From Nitrospirota bacterium (GTDB taxonomy: Bacteria > Nitrospirota > UBA9217), in contig CAWCKW010000001.1 in NCBI GenBank assembly GCA_963796285.1, positions 193 through 64,192 on the forward strand: 64,000 nucleotides of DNA. The letters run 5' to 3'. The notes under the pieces were generated by a model, which was given only the letters and a program-made list of their open reading frames with translations, was not told where the DNA came from and ran no database searches. The stretch's first letter is position 1; each line of letters starts with the position of its first letter. The translations under genes were made by a program, and so were the position numbers. This document shows, in pieces, positions 1 through 9,410 of the stretch.

Positions 1-615
1 AGAAAGGCTGCTGTTCGCTGAAGAGCAGGAGATGCACCTCTCCTGACGGCGAGGCGTTGATATGGAGTTCGGTGAGCAGGGGGAGCTTGTCGGACAGTGC
101 CCTGATATTCTTCAATACGCTGTCGATGACGGGGTGAATGAGGAAGGCGTTCTCCACCTCGATCAGGTCGTAGGAACCCTGGCGGAAAAATCCGATCTGC
201 TGACGGCCGTCCTTCATCCGCACATTGAACTGCGTGCGCAGCCGGTAGTGGTCCGTTCGCGGAGAGGGGAGTATCGGAAGAAGGCGCCTGGGTTCCATCC
301 CTCCGATCTTTTTCAGTGTGTCGAGCAGGATCTCCTGCTTGTAGCTGAGCTGGGCCGGGTAGGCGATGTGCGGCCACGTTGCGCCGGTGCACTCTTTTTC
401 TCCCTTGCACAGCGGTGTGATGCGGTCTTTCGACGGTGTGAGGACCTTGACGAGGGGGCTTCTAAAACCCCTTTCCGCTTTTTCCTGATCTCGATAACGA
501 CCCGCTCGCCCGGCAGCACGCCGGGAACGAAGACCGCCTGACCGGTGTCGAGCCTTGCCAGGCCGCTGCCGCCGTGGACGAGCTTCTCGATGAGCACCTC
601 CACTTGTTCGCTCAT
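1..615 (-). CDS. RumA/TrmA-family RNA (uracil-5-)-methyltransferase, N-terminal TRAM domain. The 3' end lies beyond the window edge. Apparent 1-nt frameshift at the G5 run 455-459.
   Basis: The ATG at 613-615 overlaps the upstream stop (ATGA). MSEQVEVLIEKLVHGGSGLARLDTGQAVFVPGVLPGERVVIEI looks like a TRAM domain. After the homopolymer, homology continues in another frame to position 1 (LVKVLTPSKDRITPLC...AYPAQLSYKQEILLDTLKKIGG...). Confidence 0.7.
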
Positions 616-963
616 CCGAGGATCTTCTTTACCGTCTCGCGGAGCAGAGACATGTCCGAGGATTTGACCACGTAGGCGTCGGAGCACCAGCTTCCGAAGT
701 CATGTTTATATTCCTCATAGGCCGTGCAGATAATGACGGGAAGCGCGCTGTCCTTTTCCTTCATCTTGCGCAGCGTCTCGATGCCGTCCATATCCTGCAT
801 GCGCATGTCCAGGGTGACCAGATCGAACTTCGTCGTATCCATCGCCGCAAGCGCCTGGATGCCGTCATGGACCGCGATAACGTCGTAGCCCATCTCGGTC
901 GAACTCTTCTTTGTAGAGTTCCCGGATATTTTCTTCATCATCGACAACCAGTATCTTTTTCAT
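612..963 (-). CDS. Single-domain response regulator (CheY-like receiver). Apparent frameshift at about 895-900.
   Basis: GGAGG RBS plus ATG at 961-963 gives MKKILVVDDEENIRELYKEEF. The frame then switches to EMGYDVIAVHDGIQALAAM..FDLVTLDMRMQDMDGIETL..PVIICTAY. Confidence 0.75.
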
Positions 964-1106
964 ACGTACCTCCTTGGCACATTCGAAATGAATAGTTACA
1001 TCCCTGACCCGGAAAAGCCGGAACCAAAATCTTTACCTGTTCTACCGTAATTATCATGAGACCGTCAAGAAGCACGTGCAACAACGCTTGGAATGAATGA
1101 TCAGGA

Positions 1107-3492
1107 TTACGTGTTCCTGTTCTCCGGGAGCGGCAGCTTGATCGTGAAAATGGCCCCTCCCGCTTCCCGTTTCCGCAGCTCGATCCTGCCTTTGTGGGCC
1201 TTGACGATCCTGTTCGTGATCGGCAGTCCCAGCCCCGTGCCCCGCGGTTTCGTCGTGTAGTAGGGGTTGAAAATATTTTGCATGACCTTGTCCGAAATAC
1301 CGGGCCCCGTGTCCCCGATCTCGATCGCCGCTTCGTTCGTTTCAGGCACCGCATAGGTCCTGATGGTGAGCGCGCCCCCGTTCTCCATGGCCTCCATGGC
1401 GTTCTTCAGAATGTTGATCAATCCCTGCTTGATCTTCTGCGTATCGATCATCAGGTGCGGCAGGGAAGGGGAGAGGTCCCTCTCGACATGGATGTGCCGC
1501 TGGCCAAGCTCGTCCTCGTAGAGTGTCAGGATCTCCTCAAGGATATCGTTGAGGTCCCCTTCTTCGAGCTGCGGGGCGAGTTCCTTGATATAGGAAAGAT
1601 TGTCGTGGATGATCCCTTCGAGCCGCGCGACCTCGCTCAGGATGATGTCGATATATTTTTTGTCCTCGGTGTCCTGGAGCTTTTTCGCGAGCCGCCTGGT
1701 GAAGCCGCCGATGGAGACGAGCGGGTTCCTGATCTCGTGGGTGATCTCGGCCATCATGGCGCCGAGGGCCGCCATCTTCTCCGACTGGGCGAGCTGCTCG
1801 TGCATGGCGCGCATGTCCTTGTTCATCGTCTCGAGGTTCGTGTGGATGATGGCGTTCTCGATGGCGAGCGCGGCCTGGTGCGCGAACAGGGTGAGAAAAC
1901 GGATGTCTACCTCGGTGATCGGCCGCTGGGTGAACAGGTTGTCCACGAGGATCACGCCGATGACCCGGTCCTTTGCGATCGAGCGGGACCGTTGCGAAGC
2001 TGTTCACCTTGAGTGCGTCGCGGAGCTCGCGGCTTACGAGGGGGTCTTTGGCTGCATCGGTGATATTATACGGTTTTTTGTTCAGCACCGTGAGCGCCAG
2101 CACTTCCCCGTTCTGCGAGAGCGGAATGCGGATGCCCTTCGCCAGCGTATTGAGCGATGACTCGCGATGCTCAAAAAGCGCGCCGGTCTGGATCCACTCC
2201 ATGAGGCTTTTATGGGTGTTCGATACTTCGCTCCAGGCGCGGCCCGCCTCTTCCCAGCTTATCGGCCCGACGCCCATCATACCCTGGAGCGTATTGGTGC
2301 GTTCGTTGGTCAGGAACAGGAGCGCCCGGTTGAAGCCGAGACCGCTCCCTCCCATGGTGGCCGCCGTCAGGATGATCCTGAGCAGGCGGTCGAGGTTCAG
2401 GGTGGTGCTCATGGCGGTGCCGATATCGTAGAGGATGGTGAGCTCCTGCGCCCTGTCGCGCGCCTCGATGGCCAGGTCCTCCATGCGTTCATACATGGCT
2501 GCATTCTCGACCGCCACCGCGGCGCTGCTTGCGACAGTGGCCAGGAACTGGAGGTCATCTTCGGTGAAGGGCTGGCCTCCCTCCTTGTTGTAGAGCGTAA
2601 TGACGCCGATCACCCTGTCCCGGAAAAGGAGCGGGACGCTGACGATGGAGGCCGCAGCGACCCCGCAACCATCGGCAAGATCAGGGTCTCTCGCGGTGTC
2701 CTGGATCAGGAGCGGTTTTTTCCCCCAGGCGACCCGATCCGCTACGATGCCGCCGAACCGCGTATCCATCTCCGAAACCGCGTCGCCCACGACGCTGTAG
2801 GAAGAGAAGGTTTTATGGTTCACGATCTCCGGCAAATTCATGAGCCGGATGGTGCAGCCCTGGGCGCGGAGCGACTGCGTGCTGTTCTTGGCAATGAGCG
2901 ACAGAAGCGGATCGAGGTCGAGCGTGGAAGTGAGCGCCATGCCGATCTCGTAAATGGTGGCGAGCGCAGACAGGCGGTCCTGGATGTCCTGGAACATCTG
3001 CGCGTTCTTGATCACCCCGCTGATCTGATTGGCCGTGGTGGTGAGCAGCGTGATGTCCGATAATGTGGCACTCCAGACAGTGGAAGAGAGCGCGAACACC
3101 ACGCCGAGGCACTGGTCCTCGTCCATGATCGGCGCTGCCACGAGGGACTTGAACTTTTGGATGCCCGATTCGGGGACATAGGCGAAGCGGGGGTCTGAAT
3201 AGGGGTCCTCGAGCGCAAGGGGAACTTTCTGCTCGGCCACCCAGCCGGCGATGCCCATCCCGATCGGGAAACTCAATTTGCCGACGGCTTCCTGGTGCAG
3301 GCCGATCGCCGCGGTGAGCGTGACGGTCTTACCGGAGCGGTCGATCAGGAACACCGAGGCGCCGTCCTTTCCCATGCCCAGCGCAATGACCTCAACGAAG
3401 CGATGGAGCTTCTCCGGGAGGCCGGCGGACGAGTTCGAGATCCGGCCGATCTCGCTCAGGATGCTCAGTTCTGTTTTTTCGGTGGTTTCCAT
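1107..3492 (-). CDS. Multi-GAF sensor histidine kinase. Apparent 1-nt indel at about 1981.
   Basis: The N-terminus METTEKTELSILSEIGR is followed by repeated GAF-like blocks. HisKA H-box is EITHEIRNPL. HATPase boxes are NILKNAMEAM, DTGPGI and GTGLGL. The two ORF-track pieces (1537..3690 and 1107..1955) join as ...FATVPL/IAKDRVIGVILVDN. Confidence 0.85.
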
Positions 3493-5035
3493 GGTGAATC
3501 TCGGGGAGCAAGGAGCCAGTAGCAGGAGCAGAATAATTCGGCTTCTGCTTTTCCTGACTTCTGGCTCCTGCCACCTGTCTCCTGCCCTATCTTCTTCCTC
3601 ATCGCCTTCCGGTATACCTTCACATATTCCTCGGCCGAGCGCTCCCACGAGAAATCCTGTTTCATGCCGTTCCGCACCAGGCGGTTCCATTTGTTCCTGT
3701 TGCTGTACACCTCGAGCGCGCGGCGCAGGCAGTCGACGAGCGCCGGGGCGGAGTACTCATCGAACAGAAAGCCGGTCCCCCGACCTGTTTTCGGGTCATA
3801 GTCAGCGACCGTGTCGCTGAGCCCTCCTGTTCTGCGGACGACCGGCACGGTGCCGTATCGCAGCGCGATCATCTGGCCGAGGCCGCAGGGCTCGTACTGC
3901 GACGGCATGAGGAACATATCGCACCCTGCGTACACGTTCTTCGCGAGCGAATCATCGTACCGGAGCAGGACGCGCATTTTCTTTGCATAGCGGTCGGCAG
4001 CATCGGACAGAATGCGGTGGTATTTTTCATCTCCGGTCCCGAGGATGACGAGCTGCACGCCGAGGGACATGATCTCTGGAAGTGCCTCGGTCAAAATATC
4101 CAGCCCCTTCTGGTCCACAAGGCGCGTTACCATGCCGATCAGCGGATCATCGGACCCCTGCATGCGGATCCGTGCTTACAAAGCGCTTTTTTGCAGAGGG
4201 CCTTGCCCGCAAGCCTCGCGGCGCTGTAGGTCTTCGGGAGGTCGTGGTCGCGTGCCGGGTCCCAGGTCTGGTAATCGATCCCGTTCACGATGCCGGTAAG
4301 GTCACTGGCCCGGTTCACGAGCACGCCTTCGAGACCATTGCCGAATTCAAGGGTCTGGATCTCGCGGCTGTAGGTTTTGCTCACGGTCGTGATGAGGTCC
4401 GAATAAACGAGGCCGGCCTTGAGAAAATTGATCTTGCCCCAGAACTCAATGCCCTCGGGCGTGAACACGTCCCATCCGAGACCGGTCAAACGCATGTCCC
4501 AGTGCCAGAAGAGTCCCTGATAACCGAGGTTGTGCACGGTGAAGACCGTTTTCGCGCGGTTCAGCGTTTCGGACCCGCGGTACAGTGTTTTCAGATAGAG
4601 CGGAACGAGCCCGGTCTGCCAGTCGTTGACGTGGATAATGTCCGGGCTGTATCCCAGGGCGCGGCAGAGCTCCAGGATGGCGCGCGAAAAAAAAATGAAC
4701 CGCTCCGCATTGTCGGGATAATCGGCCTGTTCCGTCTGATAGAGTTCGGGCCGGTCGTAGTAGATGTCCTTCTTGATAAAATAGACAATGACATCACCAC
4801 CCATCCTCCCCTCGAGGACATCGCAGCGCTCCAACCAGGTCCCGAGCGGGACCGGAAAGGTCGCGATGTGCGTGAGGTCCGATGCCTGCCGGGCCACCTG
4901 CCGGTAGTACGGCATGACCACACGCACCTCATGGCCGAGCGAGGCGATTGCGGGAGGGAGGCTCCCGGCAACGTCCGCGAGCCCGCCGGTCTTTGCAAAG
5001 GGGACTGCTTCAGACGCAGCGAACAGAATTTTCAT
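3465..5035 (-). CDS. glgA: Glycogen synthase. Apparent frameshift at about 4165-4172.
   Basis: MKILFAASEAVPFAKTGGLADV carries the KTGGL motif. The C-terminal half is in a second frame (PLIGMVTRLVDQKGLD, PSQYEPCGLGQM). The start overlaps the galT stop (ATGA at 5032-5035). Confidence 0.85.
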
Positions 5036-6033
5036 ACTTTGATTTCCCGAAGGAACTTTGCCGCCTCCTCGGGCGGCGTGGGATTGATATAGAACCCCGA
5101 TCCCCACTCGAAGCCCGCTACGTTCGTCAACTTGGGCATGAGTTCGATGTGCCAGTGGTAGTACTCGTTGCGTTCGTCCTTGAACGGAGAGGTGTGGATA
5201 ATAAAGTTATACGGAGGGGTTGAGAGCGCACGATCGATCCTGCGCAGGACGTTCTGCAGGAGGCCTGCCAGGTCCTTGAAGTCCTCGTTCGAGGAGGAGG
5301 TATAAGCGGAGAGGTGTGACTTGGGCATGATCCAGGTCTCGAAGGGGAAGCGGGACGCGAAGGGCGCAAGGGCGATGAAGAGCGGTGTTTCGAGCACCAC
5401 GCGCGCGCCCGATTGTATCTCCTGACGAATGATGTCGCAGAAGATGCAGCGCTCCTTGAGGTTGAAGTGGCGCTTGCACCCGTCGAGCTCTTCCTGAACC
5501 TGGATCGGCACGATCGGAAGCGCGATGAGCTGTGAATGCGTATGTTCGAGCGTTGCTCCGGCCGCGAGCCCTTCGTTCTTGAAGACGAGGGCATATTGGA
5601 AGCGGGTGTCCTGCTTCAGGTCTATCATGCGGTCCCGGAACGCCCACAGCACCTCCTCCATCGCCTGAAGCGGGAGGTTCGCGAGCGTTGCGTCGTGGTC
5701 CGGGCTCTCGATGATCACCTCGTGCGCTCCGATGCCGTTCATCTTGTCGAATATGCCCTCTCCCTGCTTGTTCAGGTTGCCCTCGATCTGGAGCGCGGGG
5801 AACTTGTTCGGCACAGCCCGGAGCCGCCAGCCCGGACTGTTGGGCGTGGCCGCGCTTGCAGGGCGATAGGCCAGGACCTCGTTCGGCGTGGTGCGTTCGT
5901 TGCCCCCGCAGAAAGGGCAGAACCCGCCGCGTTTTGTACCGCGCTGGTCCTGGAAGTCCGCCGGCCGCTTGCCGCGCTCGGATGAGATGATGACCCAGCG
6001 GCCGGTGATCGGATCTTTTCGTAATTCTGGCAT
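5032..6033 (-). CDS. galT: Galactose-1-phosphate uridylyltransferase family (HIT superfamily) nucleotidyltransferase.
   Basis: CPFCGGNE zinc motif and EHTHSQ (HxHxQ) catalytic motif. Intact 333-aa ORF. Confidence 0.85.
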   Translation of the reverse strand: MPELRKDPITGRWVIISSERGKRPADFQDQRGTKRGGFCPFCGGNERTTPNEVLAYRPASAATPNSPGWRLRAVPNKFPALQIEGNLNKQGEGIFDKMNGIGAHEVIIESPDHDATLANLPLQAMEEVLWAFRDRMIDLKQDTRFQYALVFKNEGLAAGATLEHTHSQLIALPIVPIQVQEELDGCKRHFNLKERCIFCDIIRQEIQSGARVVLETPLFIALAPFASRFPFETWIMPKSHLSAYTSSSNEDFKDLAGLLQNVLRRIDRALSTPPYNFIIHTSPFKDERNEYYHWHIELMPKLTNVAGFEWGSGFYINPTPPEEAAKFLREIKV

Positions 6034-6103
6034 GTGTGCTCCTTATATTCTTGTTAACATCCTATTTTTTAGTAACTGCTCAGGACCCGAAACCTTATGC
6101 TCA

Positions 6104-6195
6104 CACGAAGGCACGAAGAACACGACGGAGAACACAGTATGAATCTGGCTTTTCGGAATTGAAGCCTTTCTTCGTGGCCTTGTGGCTTCGTGTGA
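6104..6195. repeat. REP-like imperfect hairpin built on tandem octamers CACGAAGG/CACGAAGA.
   Basis: cacgaaggcacgaaga at 6104-6119 faces ttcttcgtgg...cttcgtgtg at 6169-6195. It lies in the galT / DUF721 divergent intergenic region. Confidence 0.55.
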
Positions 6196-6270
6196 AAATA
6201 ACCTGATAAGTTACATTTTTATTATAACCGCCTTGTTCCTTGTTGTCAAAATAACTCTTGCTGTGCTAAG

Positions 6271-6743
6271 ATGAGCGCCATGAAGAAAAAACTGGACAGG
6301 CTGTCGTACACCCTCGGCAGTATGCTGAAGGCCCGAGGCCTGGGGAGCCGCTTGAGCGAGTACCGTATTTTCGGCCAGTGGGAGAAGGCCGTCGGCCCGG
6401 TCATCGCGCGCCACGCCCAGCCGCAGGCAGTGCGGGGGAAGAAACTCACGCTCGTCGTGGACAGCCCGGCCTGGATGCAGCAGCTTTCCCTGCTCAAACC
6501 CGAGATCATGGAAAAAGTGAACAGCACCCTCGGGAAGAAAACGATCAACGACATCACGTTGAGAATCGGCGAGGTCGAGTCGCGGGCAGCACCTCCGGAA
6601 GAACCCCCGGTGCCTGCGTTCTTAACCAGGATGAGAGGGAAAAAATAGAGGATTATGTTCGCGGGATAAGCGACCCTGACATCAGAGAGGCGATCAGTCG
6701 CGTGATCGAAAAGGATTTTTTAAGCCGTAAGCAGGGCAGGTGA
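6271..6743 (+). CDS. DUF721 / DciA-like protein. Apparent frameshift at about 6620.
   Basis: YRIFGQWEKAVGPVIARHAQP..LTLVVDSPAWMQQLSL is typical of DUF721. The protein-like tail LNQDEREKIEDYVRGISDPDIREAISRVIEKDF is in the +2 frame and runs to the stop at 6743. Confidence 0.6.
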
Positions 6744-6861
6744 CGCGGGTGAAGGGCAGGGTAGCGTTATCGCCCAGCCCCTCGTGGCCCACAGGTTGGA
6801 AATTCCATCGCGACTAGTTGCCTTACTGGTCATCAAATGAGATTTGATCCCTTGGCGCCCC

Positions 6862-7350
6862 ATGACAATCATTGAAGTCTCAACTGAGAACCACATGGAT
6901 ATCATCGAATCGCTCGCCAGGGAGATCTGGACCGAGCATTATATCCCGATCATCGGCGAGCAACAGGTTGGTTACATGCTGGACAGGTATCAGTCCAAAC
7001 AGGCCATCAAAGAGCAGATCGCGTCAGGTGTCCTCTATTTCCTGATAGAGGAAGATCAAGCATTCATCGGATATATCGCTGTTCAGCCAAGGGGGGATGA
7101 GCTGTTCTTGAGTAAAATTTATCTGCAATCCTCCCATCGCGCAAGGGGATACGGCAAACAGGCCGTGCGGTTCGTGGATACGCTCGCGCGCGAACGGGGA
7201 TTACGGAAGATCGTGCTGACGGTGAATAAGAACAATACGGCCGCGATCAGGGCGTATGAAAAGATCGGTTTCAGAAACGTCGGTTCTCTGGTCCAGGATA
7301 TCGGCAGCGGTTTTGTCATGGATGACTATGCAATGGAGAAAACCATATAA
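6862..7350 (+). CDS. GNAT family N-acetyltransferase.
   Basis: Acetyl-CoA motif region SSHRARGYGKQAV and NTAAIRAYEKIGF. ATG at 6862; an upstream TTG at 6844 is also possible. Confidence 0.8.
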   Translation: MTIIEVSTENHMDIIESLAREIWTEHYIPIIGEQQVGYMLDRYQSKQAIKEQIASGVLYFLIEEDQAFIGYIAVQPRGDELFLSKIYLQSSHRARGYGKQAVRFVDTLARERGLRKIVLTVNKNNTAAIRAYEKIGFRNVGSLVQDIGSGFVMDDYAMEKTI

Positions 7351-7379
7351 CACGCGTGGTGTATGGATATCGAGGAAGT

Positions 7380-7664
7380 TCGGAAGTCTGGAGTCGGACG
7401 TCGGCATACAAATCCTGCGTCAGATCTGGACCGGCATACGAACGACCCCTGCCGATCATCAAACGGCACAAGGAGGGCGGCAGGCTGATCGTGCCGCTGG
7501 GGAGCACGGTCTATTTCCAGACACTCACCTTCGCGACAAAGAGAAATGATTACTCGAAAATTAAGCAGCTGAGCCCGGTGGCCTTCGTGCCGCTGGTAGG
7601 AGAAATGCAGAAGGAGCGAGGAATTATTTCCCGCGAGATTGCATGGGTATCAGTGCGGATTTAA
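7380..7664 (+). pseudogene. Decayed remnant of protein-L-isoaspartate O-methyltransferase (C-terminal part only).
   Basis: KEGGRLIVPLG....VAFVPLVGE matches the Pcm C-terminus (GGRLVIPVG...FVPL). The SAM-binding N-terminal two thirds are absent, and the upstream frames show only faint similarity. Confidence 0.4.
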
Positions 7665-7803
7665 TGCCGATGTCCGGCAGCAGTCAGTTGCCCGAGTTCT
7701 GTTTAGCTCACCATCAAGTCGGTAATTTCGCAAATTAAAAACTACTGGGGACTACGGAGTGAAAATTTAACATTGAGTTCATACGCCATCTTCCACAAGG
7801 TCC

Positions 7804-7861
7804 GTCATTCCCGCTTGTCGGGGATCCTTCCTCGGCAAGATCCCGGACAAGTCGGTATGAC
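7804..7861. repeat. REP-like palindromic element.
   Basis: gtcattcccgcttgtcggggatc (7804-7826) and gatcccggacaagtcggtatgac (7839-7861) are imperfect reverse complements, about 18 of 23 positions. Confidence 0.5.
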
Positions 7862-8103
7862 GAATTGCTGTAGTCGCGGTATGGGTACTCCAGAAATAGC
7901 GCTGTAGTCAAGTCGGAAGATCCAATTATCAACGCTTGTATCCCGAACATGGAGATAATGGACCGGGCCTCCACCCTGCATAAAGGACAAAAGCCCGGAG
8001 TGCTTTTTAAATTGGTTTATCCGCGTGTCGGCTGCGCTGGGGAGCTTTTTTTCAGCTTATTGAGCAATATGATGGACAACTTGAAGTCTCCTTTTTCCTC
8101 GGT

Positions 8104-8343
8104 CTATGCCTTCTGGTAGAAATCGCACTGTTCACAGCTTTTAAACTTTTTGCCGAAGGTCCCCTGGATCTCGCCGATGCAGAGGGTGCCCGCAATGACC
8201 CAGCAGGCCCGGCCCGCGTTCTTGCCGTGGTGAATGCCATGCAACCGTGATTCCTTCGAGGCCGGACACACGCCAAGCTCTATCGATTTTTTCCCGTTCA
8301 GTTCCCTGCCGCAGTTCTTGAATTCCCAACAGTTCAGTTTCAT
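8104..8343 (-). CDS. Small Cys-rich protein with a duplicated C-W motif. I recall this family being labelled two-CW domain.
   Basis: AGGAGA RBS before the ATG. Sequence: MKLNCWEFKNCGRE...GVCPA...GKNAGRACWVIAGTLC...KSCEQCDFY. It has seven Cys and two CW motifs. Confidence 0.65.
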   Translation of the reverse strand: MKLNCWEFKNCGRELNGKKSIELGVCPASKESRLHGIHHGKNAGRACWVIAGTLCIGEIQGTFGKKFKSCEQCDFYQKA

Positions 8344-8807
8344 GCTCTCTCCTTATAAGGTTTATATCTTGTGGTCGAATGCTCGACCCTGCTTTAATTC
8401 AGTGAATCCCATATTCTGGCGTCCACTGTTCTCCCTACCGTCATGTTAGCGGACGTCTTCTGCTTCTCTAATGTTTTTTCCATTCCCAGTCGCTTAACTG
8501 AAAAACCGACATACCTGCATCCTTCTCCTTCTTTGGGGCATTCCGCTCCACAGGGGATGAGCAGTGAACGGCTGCGTGGCAAAGAAGACGGTGATCTTGA
8601 GCAACAGCGGGTGGATGGCTTGTGGCTGCCGTGATGCCGGGCAGCAGAAGGCTTTAGGCAACGGCGAAATCCGTCAGGAAGAGAAAGACGAGGGGGTTTT
8701 TCAGTGGCGTGACGCGTAGGCTCAGCACGCTTCCGATGCATGAACTGATCAGAACGAGGCAATGACCGTACTTGCGGCATACTTGGGTTCTCGAGGCCGA
8801 AGAGGCG

Positions 8808-9026
8808 TCAGGCAGCAGGTCGCGCCGCATCGAGCACTTGTCCGAATTTGAGAAAGGTGAGTCCCAGTTCCTCGAAGGTTTCCCGTACCTCTTTCGGTGG
8901 CGGCCAATGTCTCTTGCCGCCCAAAGCGCCCAGGATCTTGTGTCGCGCGAGCACGCGCAGGATTTGCGTGAGTCGCGGCGCCGCTTTCAACAGGCTGCTT
9001 TTTTCCGGGTCGATCGGTATAGACAT
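8808..9026 (-). pseudogene. N-terminal fragment of a UbiB/ABC1-family kinase gene.
   Basis: RLTQILRVLARHKILGAL....EVRETFEELGLTFLKFGQVL matches the UbiB N-terminus (ELGPTFIKLGQ). RRDLLPDA continues in another frame, and similarity is then lost. Confidence 0.5.
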
Positions 9027-9410
9027 GCGCTTCTCCCAACAGTCATGCGTAGGATGATAGCAGAACCACTCAGGCTCGACTTTGTTAAGGATAATGAATG
9101 TTCAGGTCTGATGGTTGTAAACCAGCCCCAAGATGGCTCACGGAATGGACCGTAAGGATGTCGATTGCCACTAACGCGAAGTGCTACCAGGGGGAGATGG
9201 AAAAAGATGCGCAGGTGCGCTATGTCAAAGAAAAGGATAGCGAGCGCGACGCTGAATATGAGCATCTGGAATGAGCGGCTGTTCTCCCCGGATCTCTCCC
9301 TGTGTTGATTTTATCATATTCGAAGGGGATAGGCACCGGAGGGTTCGGAAATATCCTGAGCAGGACGGACCAAAACTTAATTGGCCATTGCGCAAGACAC
9401 GGTTGAGGAG

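Noticed and set aside
975-990. TGGCAC hexamer resembling a sigma54 -24 element.
   Set aside because: The -12 position reads GAAAT instead of TTGC. It points into the + strand, where there is no downstream gene.
4160-4171. Adjacent SphI (GCATGC) and BamHI (GGATCC) sites exactly at the glgA frameshift, which could suggest a cloning scar.
   Set aside because: There is no other vector-like sequence. Both flanks translate as continuous GlgA. Two 6-mers in G+C-rich DNA are easily coincidental.
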